Of a stretch of 64,000 bases of DNA, positions 25,362-39,560 are shown piece by piece. This DNA is from Octopus vulgaris. Its lineage: Eukaryota. The notes under the pieces were generated by a model that was not told where the DNA came from, made no database searches, and was given only the letters and a program-made list of their open reading frames with translations. The translations under genes were made by a program, and so were the position numbers. Positions within the stretch are counted from its first letter, which is position 1; every line of letters begins with the position of its first letter. The DNA lies in NCBI GenBank assembly GCA_951406725.2, contig OX597814.1:125612001-125676000 (forward strand). Direction: 5' to 3'.

Positions 25362-26686
25362 TGTATGTATGTATGTATGTATGTATGTATGTATGTATGT
25401 ATGTATGTATGTATGTGTGTATGTTTGTGTGTCTGTGTTTGTTCCCCCAGCATCGCTTGACAACCGATGCTGGTGTATTTACGTCCCCGTAACTTAGCGG
25501 TTCGGCAAAAGAGACCGAGAGAATAAGTACTAGGCTTACAAAGAATAAGTCCTGGGGTCGATTTGCTCGACTAAAGGCGGTGCTCCTGCATGGCCGCAGT
25601 CAAATGACTGAAACAAGTAAAAGAGTAAAGAATTATTTTATTATAAAAGCAAAACAACACCAGAGAGGAATCGACGTAAGTTTAAATAATAAACCGCGAT
25701 AGGTGAACCGCGATATGGCGAGTGATTACTGTCGAGCTATACAGTATCGTTACCATGCAATATATTGCACCCTATATTGAGTCAACAGACTCTGATTTGG
25801 AAATTAGTTCACGGTGTGTTAAAAGCAGTTTTGGTCTTTTTCTTTTTAAGTGGATTAATAAAGATTAGATATACTCTGCTTTGGAATTGTATTAATTTGT
25901 ACCTGCTTCTGTCAAATAAACCATGATCTTTACCTTTCCTCATTTAATTTTTATCTTATAAGTATTATACTGAACACATGGTACATTATGATATATTTTA
26001 AGAATGCTAACTGGATTAATAAATATCAAACAACCCAAGCTTTAAAAGTGTATTAATTCCAATCCGTTAAATACGATTTCACTCTTTACTGTTCATAGTT
26101 TATTGTATACTTTAAGTATACATTTAGACTGTGTCCACAAAAAGCGGAAAATCCAAAAATCTGAGATACCCGGTCCCAAGTTTGGCAGATGATTTTGTCC
26201 GGTCTTGTATAAGTAAATCATTCTGATTCCCATTATTGTGACCTTGAAGAGTTCGTAAGAGCTGAATAATCGTACATTTATAGCAGTCAACACTATATTA
26301 TTTATCCTTCGTTCGCTTAACGCCTGTTTTTCGAAGCTGGATAAGGAGTGACTTTGAAGCTGGATTTTACGAGCAGATTCTCTACCTGTCGACAACCATC
26401 ACTTGTTATGTTTTTCAAGTGAAGGATTTATATATTCTACAGGTCTTCGAAAGAACAGAGTGACTGGTTGCAATGTTAATAAGGAATGTAACCATCACTG
26501 CTGTTTCACTCAAACGGTGATAAATGGAACATGAGCATACACTTGTATTCGTATGCACCGCCCTACACACAAACATACGTATATAAATACATACATACAT
26601 ATCTTACATCTATTTTCTTTCCTCCATTTCACTCTCTATTTGTATCACATCGAAACTAACTATGACTTATTTTTTCCTCTCACACC

Positions 26687-26738
26687 GTCTCCGATCAAGG
26701 GATATTATTAATTAATATCCTAGAAACAAATGTAAGAC
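26687..26738 (+). ncRNA. Degenerate hammerhead ribozyme (PLE pLTR relic)
   Basis: GTCT CCGATCA a-g-GGATATTA-ttaat-TAATATCC-ta GAAA CAAAT GTA AGAC; core has 2 substitutions; downstream sequence matches the 34.1-kb fold-back family. Confidence 0.6.
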
Positions 26739-27039
26739 CTTCTATCTATAAATGCTCTAATATTTATACAGCCTTGGTTTTTTTTATCTCATTACGCAAA
26801 AATGCATAAACATATATGACTACACATACACAAAATACACACACACAAATACACACACACACCAGCGAGTTTTCTACACTTTTCGTCAATCGAATTACTC
26901 GCAAGGTATAGGTCGGCCCGGGGCTATGGTAGAAGATACTTGCACAAGATGTCGAAATCACATGGTTGCGCAGCGAATTTCGCAACCGTACTGCTATGCT
27001 TGCGCCTATACATGCATATGTACATACACGCACACACAC

Positions 27040-27075
<36 letters not shown>

Positions 27076-27076
27076 A

Positions 27077-27116
<40 letters not shown>

Positions 27117-27913
27117 AATAGAGAGAGAGAGACGACAGACACACAGACAGACAAACAGACAGGGAGGCAAGCAGATAGACAGATAGAAGCACAATTACTA
27201 GCACAGATACTCACGCACATCCATACACATACACATGCATATAAACACACACAAGAAGCTAGTCTGTCAGACTGACAGACAGATAGATAATGTATATACA
27301 CACACATGTACACACGCGCAGACACACAAATACATGCGTGTGGGCATGCAGACATCTAAGGGGGAACTATAGATAGAGGGAGAAGAGATAGTATACAATA
27401 TAAAACGCAAATATATAGAGTATATTCAATACAGAATCCAATAGTATAACTCTACATAAAATATCCAATGTAGAGTTAGATAACGTATTTTATTGGAAGC
27501 TAAAACTTCACAAACCGTTTGTCCAAGATCTCCGTTTCCGATCTTCGAACGATTATGAAAGCATAAAAGGTGGGATCGTAACGAGGCTATTAATAAGATA
27601 TAAAGAGATTTTAATATCCAAACAAGCTTTGATTGGATAAAGTTAAAACAAATGTATTTTATGGCCTGACAACCGATATATGAACAATAAATGAGATAGC
27701 GGGAGATTTGCCAGTTAGAGAAGAATAGAAAAGAAACGACGAAATTATGTACAAGAAAAAGTAAAAGATATTGTTAATAATCATATATAAAGAATTATGA
27801 TGGGAAAGGGAAATAAATCGACCGTTTTAAAATGAAAACTCTTTAAAAGAAGGCAAGAATGCAATGAAAAAGTAGCAGTGAAAGAACCAAGTGTTCTCAA
27901 ATTTACAGATTTA

Positions 27914-29083
27914 CACAGGTCGTTTTTTTCTCTGTTGTCAAAACATTTAGATCCGGACTAGGTGTTTGTTGACACACAGAATCCGAAAATGACATTCATT
28001 TAGTACCAACACGTCAAGATTTTAAGATTCTGGATCCATAGAATTTCATTATTTTTATTTTTGTTTTGTTCTGTATTTTGTTGGGGTTTTTTTTTCAATA
28101 AAACTTGAGGAACAAGGCATAACATATAAACAAACATAGAAATTGGTATTTCTTCAAAACCAGAGTGTTTTCTTGAAATCCTACTAAAAAAAATAAAAAT
28201 AAAATTTTTAAAAAACTAAGAAAAATCTAAAAAACTTCTGCAGGAAAATTACATCATTGTTTATGCCTAATTTCCCATGCAATAGGAAATTTGCGTTTGG
28301 ATGATTTTCTTGGGTGCTGAACCTCAGGAAGATCACAAGCCAAGCTCCAGTAATAGTCCGCCATCATGTGCAAGTCCCATCTGCATTGATACCTTTGTTC
28401 CATTGATTTTATTTCCTGATCGAAACATTCTCCCTTCTCGTCACTTGTCCCACCAAAATTTTCAGGGAATTCATCAAGGTGATTGTGAAGATAGTGCATC
28501 TTTATATTCATATTTGCTCCCATCGTTTGAAAGTTCTCTAGCATGTTGTCAACTAATTCGTCATAGTTGGCTGCTTTCTTGTTGCTCTTAAAGTCATTTG
28601 CAGCTATTTCAAATGTTGCTGGTTCGATGCAGTTCACTGAATTTACAAAGTTTCCATCTTTCATCAATTTCCTGATTTGAGGCTCATCAAATACTCCAGA
28701 TTTTATCTTTTCAGTGCTCAGACTGGAAAATGTGTTGCAGATATAGTGTAATCATGGTCCATTTTTATCCAGAGCTTCAACAAACTGCTTCATATTGCCA
28801 AGTTTGATATGGAATGGAGGTAAGATGAATTTTCCCGGATAAACTAAAAGCTTTTCAGCCACATTGAAAGAACCTAGAACTTTGATCACTCAATGTTTGT
28901 CCTTGGCTTTGATGTCCCACATACATAAAATATATGGATATTTAGTGTATCATTTTGTTGCCCCGGAAGAAAATCGACCAGCTTAAAGTCCAAACGGATG
29001 TGATCGTAAAAAATATTTCATTTTTTTGGATCAGCACATCAAAACAAATCTTCAAACCAGGTCCTGACAACAAAATACCTGTT
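27914..29083 (-). mobile_element. Chapaev3-like (CMC superfamily) DNA transposon, deleted
   Basis: ORF 28254-28667 has IKMHYLHNHLDEFPENFGGTSDEKGECFDQEI..MEQRYQ.RW..MMADYYW; upstream fragments LPPFHIKLGNMKQFVEAL and KIKSGVF; imperfect TIR CACAGG..TGTTGTCA. Superfamily label is from recollection. Confidence 0.7.
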
Positions 29084-29198
29084 GGGATGTGCCATTTATT
29101 GATGGGATATAACTATAAGTTAAATGTTTGGAGCTATGACGAAAAAACCGCTTCAATTTAGACCTTTCATTCAATCTAAGCAAGTATTGATGTTACTG

Positions 29199-29258
<60 letters not shown>

Positions 29259-29533
29259 ACACTCTCGCCTCTTATTACTATATTTTCTTTTGCCTCATAT
29301 TTTTCAAATTTTCTCTTTCCTCCTCTTCTCCTCCTCCTCTTCTTCGTACTACTTTCGTTGTTGATCGTATCCTACCACATCTACACGCTCCGGTCCTTGT
29401 TATATCCGCCACATCTCTAACACGAAAAGTTGAGTTTGATCGTTAATCCGAAGTTATTCTATCTGTCAGCTTGATATGTCGCTGTAAACAGCTTTTACTC
29501 TTGTCAGACGCTACTTCAATGTTATAAACAGAC

Positions 29534-29568
<35 letters not shown>

Positions 29569-29776
29569 TCTGTCTATCTATCTCTATCTCTATCTCTTTC
29601 TCTTCCTCCCTCTCACCCCCCTCTCTCATGTGTATATATATATATATATATGTATACACACACATACACACACGCACACATATTTATCTCTGTGCGCATG
29701 CACCTGTGTGTTTATAAATTTATGCATTTGCACTAACACACATAGCTATATATGTGTGTGTGTGTGCATGTGTGTC

Positions 29777-29807
<31 letters not shown>

Positions 29808-29888
29808 GCATATCTTTATACTTATATGTTATATGTATATATATATATTATATATATATATATATATACATATCTGTATACGTATATG

Positions 29889-29947
<59 letters not shown>

Positions 29948-29950
29948 GTG

Positions 29951-29986
<36 letters not shown>

Positions 29987-30056
29987 TATATACCTTCACA
30001 CAAGTCTATAAATATATGCATGGAGCATGTTTTGCAAAATAGATTATGTGTGTGTA

Positions 30057-30089
<33 letters not shown>

Positions 30090-30871
30090 GTAAGTGTGTG
30101 TGTATGGGTGTGTGTGGTGTATGTTGTGTGTGTTGCTTCAAGAATCGAAAATACAAAGGATGGGTACGGCGAAAGAGGATGGAAAAGTATGAACGGAACT
30201 TGGAGAGATAAAATGTGACATTAACAAGTCATCATACTCTTATAAAAGAGAAACCGAAAGACAGGTAGAGAGAGATGAAGAAAAGCTAGAGAAGAATAAG
30301 AGAGAGAGAAAGACTGAGCAGACGACATAGTTTATTGTGTGACCAACAGACAAAATAAAACAATGTTATAGTGTTAGACTGTTATTGATGTTTTTATCGA
30401 TAGTTTTATAATTCTATTTTAATGTCATCAATAAATTTAAGAATCTGTTGGGAATATAATGTTCGGTGACCGCATAATGAACCCATAAACCTAGTGCTTA
30501 TGTATGTATGTATGTCAAAATATCGAGCTTACAATGCATAACAATATTGTGTCACTTGTTTTTACCTCAACTGGGCCTGCCATATTCAACATTATTCCGT
30601 CAGAAATCAAAGAAGAAATAATCCAGTAATATTCAAACATTATTTTAGACAAATTCCTCCAAGAAATATCAAACAAACCACCGGATAAATTTCGCTAAAC
30701 ACCCGAAACCTGGATATATTTCAAAAAACAAATTTCTACTCGAATATGCTATGGTTTCCTAAAATAATGATCGTTACAGGCAGTGCTATTAAATCAGACA
30801 TAGTCTGGACCAATAATGGCCAAAACATATCTAAGTAATCGATTACACACGCGCGCATGATCATACGCATG

Positions 30872-31720
30872 TGTTGTTACCAAAAGTAATGCACAAGTTG
30901 GCATAACTTTTTAGTTGACATACAGATTGCTCGAGTAGCATATATTGGTAGAGTTGGAGTTGCTCTTCCTCTATATCTAGATACAACTACTTAACATTGA
31001 CTCTATCAGAAGTTAGGCATTTGTGTCTTCATTGAACTCAACTCTCAAATCCTATTTAAAGATATTTAGGCATGTGCTGCTATAATTTCTTCTTCACAGC
31101 CACTTACACTTTGAATATGTCATAAAATCGTTGTCCCCGAAAATTGTTGCCCTGAACATGTAGAAGTCGATGGGTACCAGATTTGGGCTATGCAGTGGAT
31201 GGGCAAATTCCATATTGACCAGCCCAGATTACCTATTGGCTGATCTGTTGCCAAAGACGTGTGCGGTCAGGCAAAGTTATGATAAATGTAGATAGTTTTC
31301 AAATTATTTTTCTGTCTCTTCCTCCTAATGGCTTGTTTCAGGCCTTGATGATTACATGTGACGCTATTCCATGGATTGAACTTTCGTTTCCGGATCATAA
31401 AATTATGCTCGCGTTTTTATCTCCTGTCTTCATTAGCTTCAAACGTTTCCAGCAGACTCCTCACGTTCTCTCCTTCGAATCGGGTGTCAATTCGAGGTAC
31501 TTGCTTTGCACACACTTTTGTCTGCTCAAAGTCTTCTACCATCTTTTCTGATGCATTATGACCACATTCCAGTTCTGCCACCTGCTCACAGATCGTGATT
31601 CGTCTGTCTATGCGAATCAAATCGGTCACTCCTTGGCGATTTGTATCAGTGATCGCAGTTGATGGTTTCCCAAACTTTTTCATCCACTTGTGCACACTGC
31701 ACAATTAATAAAGAGGTTAT
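30872..31720 (-). pseudogene. Decayed mariner transposase remnant
   Basis: LIRIDRRITI...KVCAKQVPR and HPLHSPNLVPIDFYMF motifs. Confidence 0.75.
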
Positions 31721-32611
31721 GTCCACAAACAGTAAAAAAAAAATTAATTCCATCGAAATTGAATCGCCTACAGTCAAAAATATTGATTTGATGTTGCGAT
31801 AAAATGATCGCCATCAAAAATGAGTATTCTAAAGATATACACTATATAAATGTATCACGATGCTATGTACCAGGCTTCTTTAGGATAAAATGACTGTAAT
31901 TTAACTCAAATATTAGAGACCAAGTCGAACAAACTTGAAAGAAAAATTATTTAAGGTATAAATTAAACTTAATTTTAGGCTATAAACCGGTGTAAGATGA
32001 AAAAAAACATTATTTAAAGTAAACACGGCAGAAACGAACAAGTGACAAGCTTCTACGTAAATGAAAGTCGAAAATATGTAAAATTATATAACAGAATATA
32101 ATTATAGGCAGCAATATTCATATCGTTGAGAAGACTAGTAATAACGATGAAATTACATAGAAAATATACAAATACAAATAAAGCAAAAATCATATACACT
32201 CCTACCTACAAGCATTTATAACTAATAGAGCTTGACTCGTTAATAAGCATTGGTATGAATTGTTTACAACTGAGAAATATAAAACCAGGGTAATAAATAA
32301 ATATATAAACAAAGAAATGCATTTAAAAAATCCGGATGCATATAAATATGATAATAATAAACAAATCCGAAACATACAAATATGATACTAAATATTTAGT
32401 AGAGGTCCGGGTACAAAAATGTAAACAATTTGTTAGTTATTTTGTCCATAACTAGATCGTAGGGCGAGGGTAGGAAATTCACTCAATACTGCAACAGAGT
32501 GACTGCAGCCATCTTTCTCACGAGATTTCATGCGGAGAAAATAAACAGAATGACGAATATATATTTTAAAGGGCTTCTAATAAAAAAGAAATAGGCCATA
32601 TATATTTTTTT

Positions 32612-33655
<1,044 letters not shown>

Positions 33656-33658
33656 TGT

Positions 33659-33887
33659 GGAGGCGCAATGGCCTAGTGGTTAGGGCAGCGGACTTGCGGT
33701 CGGAGGATCGCGGTTTCGATTCCCAGACCGGGCGTTGTGTGTGTTTATTGAGCGAAAAAAACACCTAAAAGCTCCACGAGGCTCCGGCAGGAGGTGGTGA
33801 TCCCTGCTGTACTCTTTCACCACTCTAAAGGCGGTGCTCCAGCATGGCCGCAGTCAAATGACTGAAACAAGTACAAAAAAAAAAAAA
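33659..33887 (+). mobile_element. Chimeric SINE: family C head plus family A tail
   Basis: GGAGGCGCAATGGCCTAGTGGTTAGGGCAGCGGAC...TTTCACCAC joined to CTAAAGGCGGTGCTCCAGCATGGCCGCAGTCAAATGACTGAAAC. Confidence 0.85.
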
Positions 33888-33906
33888 TACATACATACAC
33901 ACACAT

Positions 33907-33948
<42 letters not shown>

Positions 33949-34219
33949 GTAGGTTATGAGAGGTTATGGTGTCAAAAAGACCCAAAGGTGTCAGGTAATG
34001 CTGAGTAAGTGCTATGGACAGACTACAGTTAAGCTCCAGGTTCGGTGATTATGTGAATGAGGTGTCCAACGTAGAAAAAGTTAACAGAATGAGATAAAAA
34101 ATCCAAGGCTGTGAAAGATTTCAGAACATTTATAAAGAGAAGGTCTTACAGCTGTTTCCAGGATCTTTTATATATCCCGGAAACAGCTGTAAGACCTTCT
34201 CTTTATAAATGTTCTGGAA
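33949..34219. mobile_element. Fold-back PLE pLTR remnant with half-hammerheads
   Basis: Begins after (TA)n; arms ~34119-34164 / 34174-34219, each with GAAACAGCTGTAAGAC; CUGANGA lost at the fold. Confidence 0.75.
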
Positions 34220-34249
34220 AAAGTGAACAAAACTGAAACAACGAAGAAA

Positions 34250-35580
34250 GTACCGTCATGAGTTCTGAAGACAGAGAAAAAGAAAGCTGATTTACGGAAG
34301 ACCATCAGCCATGTGATGATGCTTATTGTGTGCAAACAAGTAGATCACTATACATTGAGATAGCCAAAGGAGGATACTCACTCGCAAATTGATGACTGTA
34401 ATCCAGAAACTTCAAGATTAAAAACTACTTGGAAGAGACTTGATTGTTTGATACTGATACAAGAAGCTAACCTTCTACCGGCCATATCTCGTCAACCTGT
34501 ATTAGCAAGCTCTCAATGGGAATAGTAGCATACCAGATTGGTTGGCCCTGACAGAGGCAAAACTGATCCCCAAACTCAGAACCACCCACATGGCAATTGC
34601 ATGCCAGAACTTAACGTATAAAATATATACCACATGTTTAAATCTCTCCCTCCAAGACCATTGTGAAGGTAATAGCATCATCATAGCAAAACAAGCAGCT
34701 GGGAAGAAGGGAGTCTGGGGAGGTGCCGAGCAACTAACCCTTAATAAACAAACCTGTAAGGTCAGAGGTGCGAAAGCATAGGAGTAACCTCAATTCAATG
34801 TGACTGGACTACGAGAAAGCCTTTGACTCTGTCCCCCACTTATAGATACTAGAAGTCCTTAGACTTGCTAAAATTTCAGTGAGCTAAGTCACAGCCATAG
34901 CTGACCTGACTTCATCGTGGGCCACCATCTTGAAATTAAATACAAGGAGTGATTGTATTATCACTGATAGAATATAGTATCGCAGAGGCATATTCCAGTG
35001 GGACACCTCTATGATGTTGTTTATACTTTTTGTAAACCCCTTGTCTGAAGGATATCTCACTGGTTCACAAGGAAACTGAAATACCAAAATAACACTTTGT
35101 TTCTTTGTGGATGACTTGAAACTATATGCAATGAATATGCAAGAGATAAAACAGAGGCATGACTTGGTTACAACATTCTCAAAGGATATAGGGCTAGAGT
35201 TTGGTCAGGATAAACGTTGCTATATGGTTGTGAAAAGAGGGAAAACTTTAAAACAGACTAATAATATCTCCATCAGTGACTTAACTGTTTCCCCTTGTAT
35301 CTGACAAGGAATGTTACAGGTACATTGGGAGTGAATGAAAACATCTTATGATGGCAACTGTAACAAGACGTGTGTCACTAAAGAATATTACAGCTGAATA
35401 GAGAAAATATGAACCTCGGAACTCTCTTCATTTGATAAAACACTGGTCCACAATGTATTTCCAGTGCCAGTACTCAACCCAACGTTTGTGCTATTTGATT
35501 GGACGCTTGATGAGATACGAGCCATCGATGTGAAAACCTAAAAGATACTAACCAGCACGCATAATTTCCACGTCAACTAG
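34250..35580 (+). pseudogene. R4/Dong-clade non-LTR reverse transcriptase remnant
   Basis: YKIYTTCL..QAAGKKGVWGGAEQL, LDYEKAFDSVPH, RGIFQWD, FVDDLKLYA, FSKDIGLEFGQDK, IRAIDVKT; many stops. Confidence 0.85.
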
Positions 35581-35998
35581 TTTTTCTTAAAACTTCCATA
35601 TATTTTCTTGGTTCACTATAAATATCTATTTGTTTATCTTGTTATCTATCTGTTTCTACGTGTGTGTGCAAGTAGAGTTGTGGATTGTTACGGCTGGAGT
35701 AAGAGATACAACGGAAGAAGTGCTCTGAACCTGGCAAAAAGTCAATTAACTGTACTTCATCCTACCTCACTCCCTCATCGTTTCATTTTTTCCTTTCCAT
35801 TCTTGATTCAATAGGAATAAGTCAACAAGTTTCTTTCTCTCACAAAACATTTCTTTTCTGGTGATATATATAGTCACAATGAGGATATTTAAACCTCTTA
35901 CAGGGATGTTTTTTTATCCAAAATACACTGGTTTGATATATTTTGAAGAGATATTTCTTCAATGAATATATTATATAAAATATCTTAAAATATCAAGA

Positions 35999-36410
35999 AT
36001 TATTATCAAGTAAGAAAACAGAGAGATCTAATGGGTACAAATTAATTTAATTAATTAACACATTCATCTACAATTCTTTCATTTGACAAACAAAATTAAA
36101 ATTACGAAACATATAAATCTATAATTTTGCATTCATTTTAAATGACTTGTATGGAAACTCATCAGGGTATAAATAAACATGACTATATATTCTGAATATT
36201 CCAAACGGATTATAATGTAATCTTTGTATTGTCCTTTGTACACCCGAATGATTTTCCATACAAGTTATTTGAAATGCAAAATCATATATTTATATGTTTT
36301 GTAGTTTCAATTTTGTTTGTGAAATGAAAGAATTGTAGGTGAATATGTTGATTAATTAATTAATTAATTTGTATCCATTAGATCTCTCTGTTTTCTAACT
36401 CGATAATAAT
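35999..36410. mobile_element. Older fold-back element with degenerate long-helix-II hammerheads
   Basis: ~175-bp imperfect inverted arms. Minus 36065-36170: ACC CTGATGA...GAAA GAATT GTA GATG. Plus 36241-36341: CACC CGAATGA...GAAA GAATT GTA GGTG. Confidence 0.75.
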
Positions 36411-36412
36411 AT

Positions 36413-36470
<58 letters not shown>

Positions 36471-36629
36471 TGTGTATCGAAATTGCAAAGATAGTCTGGA
36501 ACTCGACTGAGGAAAGAAAACTCCGAATGACCCGTCCTTGTTTTCTTTGTATCGTCTATCTGGATGTTTTGTTGTCCCTTTCTTGTATCACCTAACTGTC
36601 AAGATGTTTTGCGTTCTTGTCCCATTTCG

Positions 36630-36674
<45 letters not shown>

Positions 36675-36771
36675 ATGTGTGTGTGTGTGTGTGTACATAT
36701 ATACATATATGCCATACATAAATACACGCGCATACACGTACAAACATACATACATGCACTCACACACACGA

Positions 36772-37800
36772 AAATGAGTGGTGAAACTACCAGTGCTGAT
36801 ACAATGGCACTACTACTAATTGTTCTGAGCAGCGGGGTAAAAATCGGTTACTGAAGAGGCCACATACCAGAGTAAGTATACAAAATGGATGAAACTGTAC
36901 AATTCTAGAAGCTCAGGACTGCTAGAACTATTTCTCTAGACTAAAAATCAACACCAGGATTTAAAGCATCCAAAAATCGTCTGGTGCTTCTGGAAGGAAA
37001 TGACGCTGCTGCATTGAAATTAAAGCCCCTAAATGTGTATCACTCCAAAAATACAAAAGCTTTCCAAGGTAGCGCAATATTTAATTTTCCTCTGATTTGC
37101 TATTCAAATAAGAAGGCAGGAGTGACAAAAAAAACTATTTTGAAAAGTGGTTTACAAACATTTTTTGTTCAGATATTCCACCAAGCCACCGTGGAAACTT
37201 AATGAACTTTCTGATAATGTGAGAGTAGAATATATTCCAAACAGCACAACCAGTGGATCAAGGCGTGATTGCTAATTACTGAGAAGAAATTTCAAACAAC
37301 TTATGAAAGCAATTGACAAAGAGGATAAATTTACAGTTAGAGACTTTTGAAAGATGTCATGAGATGAAGAGAAACCCTCAACTTTGAATGGTGCTTGGAA
37401 AATATATGGCCAGACTATATCCGTAACTTTTCAAGATTTTGTACAATCAGAAGGTCTACATCAAATTTGGAAAGACATTGTGTCACTTGCAAATCGAATA
37501 GGGTTTCAAGTTGATGATGTAGCTGAGTTGCGAGTGTCTCATACAGAATGTACAAGTACATCTAACGAGGAGCTGATGTTGTTAGAAGAGCAAGCTGAGA
37601 ATATAGATGAAATCATGGAAATTAACCAGCGCCACTTAATTTGACTGCAAAGACTATTACTGAAGGATTTTATTTATAAGAAAGGTCTGCAAGTTTTTGC
37701 CGCTAACAACCCTAATCAGGAATGTAACCTGAAAATTAGAAGAGGGGGTTAAATAAACTCAGTTCGTACACAAAGCAGTACAAAGAGTTGGCTTTGTCTT
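36772..37800 (+). pseudogene. Tigger/pogo transposase remnant
   Basis: SGETTSAD, VYKMDET, PGFKASKNRL, KLKPL.VYHSKN..AF, SNKKA, DQGVIA, SNEELMLLE. Confidence 0.85.
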
Positions 37801-38849
37801 TCAAGTAGATGCTGATGATGATGCATGTCACTCATCCTCCTAGTAACTCTGATTCTATCGCCATCAACCTTCATTTGGTAGTAAACATCTTTTGTGGTAA
37901 TAATGTACCCTACTACAATGTTACGATTTTTATTTATTTCTTAACGTATTTCTCTTCAAATATTTTATATGCATATACATATTATATTGCGTATGTTTAG
38001 AAATTGTTATATAAAAATGATCATGTAGCTTGTATTTAGTTCTTGTGCTTTTCAAGAAAAAAATCTGTCAGAATACACTTTTACTTTGGAACATAAAAAT
38101 CAATAGGAAAATTAATTTTATGTTACAGCATTTCATATTACAGTTTTCGAGGAACTCACTAAACCCGCAACATGACGATTCCGTTTTTTGTCTTAAGAAT
38201 ATAGAAAGGGTTGAGAATATTAAGCATGCCAAGGGAAGTAAACAATGCTATTCTTGAAGTAAGCAGGAAATTAATTGTTGCAAAACAACATAGACTGCCA
38301 AAGAAGTCGAAAGAGAAATTCAAGCAATTAATAAAACACAGCCAATATACCTATATAGATCTCCTCACAAATATCACATAAGAGTATCAACAACAGATAA
38401 TTAATGAAAATACATAAAAAAAGATTATAGAAGCAGTAAATATTTGATATGAAAATGAAAAATTTAAAATAAAAAATAATTTATAATTGAATAATTCAGA
38501 GAAAATTAGGCATACAAGAAATGAATATGAAATAAAGCAGACAAGCTGCAGACATAAATAAGATAATATCAAAATACAATACAAAGCGTAATAGTAGATA
38601 ATACAACACATACTCAATAGTCAATAGTCAGGCAGAGTAGTACAGAAGAAATATTGATTGTGAGCAGAAAAATAGATCACTGTATATATATAAAGTGATA
38701 TATAAAGAATACAGAGATATACAATATATTCACTCTATTAATAAATAATGCCACAAGAGAGTGTTTAAAGTCAATAGTAATGCCTGATCTGAAAAGATCC
38801 AAAGAATTAAAAATAAATACAGAAACTAATAATGATAGGGGAGAAAACA

Positions 38850-39560
38850 TGGATCTAACCATAAAGAGGAAAGTGGCAGATTGTCAGTCAGGATAGTCAA
38901 ATGGTTGGTAATGCAAACAATTATTTCTAAGATTCTTGTGATTGCATAAAATGATTCTTGCAGATTTGTTTAGTAAAGGAAACTTGAATATAATTTCAAA
39001 TACTCCGGCTGTATCCAGTTTTCTATTTCCAGCATATTTCCGGACAAGGAAATTGTATTCATTCTTTCAGGTTACTGAAAAGTGTATGTATAGAAATAAG
39101 AACGGGTTTTAAATTGTTGACAGTTAGTCCGGTATGAGCCTTTTTTCTAATTCAAGGCGTTTTGGCTGCGCTTATATATTCTAATTCCTTGGCTAGATCA
39201 TTGGAAAGTAAAAGACATTCACTAGAATTAGCACAATAGCAATTTGTAATATTATTATTATTATTTAGGTTTAATTTAGCCGTGTTAGAAGAAGATATAT
39301 TTTGGGCTAGATTAAGTTTGGTAGGATAAGAGAGTTTCACAATGTTTTTGTTAAAACACGGTAGTATCTATATCTGAAGTACAAGTTTTCCTGACAATTC
39401 AGAATCAACTTCAAAATTTTACGAAGGATTATACGAACAAATATGTTTTTTTCCCTGTTTCCGTTGTTTCTGATAATATCTTGTCAGTATACCTACATCT
39501 AGTTACGATCGCATTATAATACATATAATACAGAGAATGTTCATAAAGATTTGTTCATGA
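38850..39560 (-). pseudogene. Decayed Penelope-clade RT linker/GIY-YIG fragment
   Basis: KLSYPTKLNLAQNISSSN...NCYCANSSECLLLSNDLAKELEY resembles PLE KLSYS..N...ISSHN...CNC....CPL...CL...VY. Confidence 0.6.

Larger units (their letters stand above)
24903..25630 (+). mobile_element. SINE family A (5'-clipped) interrupted by a fold-back element
   Basis: Head 24903-25040, tail 25425-25630. Confidence 0.9.
24813..25731. mobile_element. Tigger/pogo-like MITE interrupted by a SINE
   Basis: Ends CAGTAATCCCCTCGACTATCGCGG / CCGCGATATGGCGAGTGATTACTG; TA at left. Confidence 0.75.

Noticed and set aside
31800-32560. Possible decayed PLE endonuclease/pLTR region
   Set aside because: Too degenerate to support by eye.
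33659-33735. tRNA-like sequence (also at 50472 and 55021)
   Set aside because: SINE heads that continue into repeat bodies; no proper acceptor stem, so not called tRNA genes.
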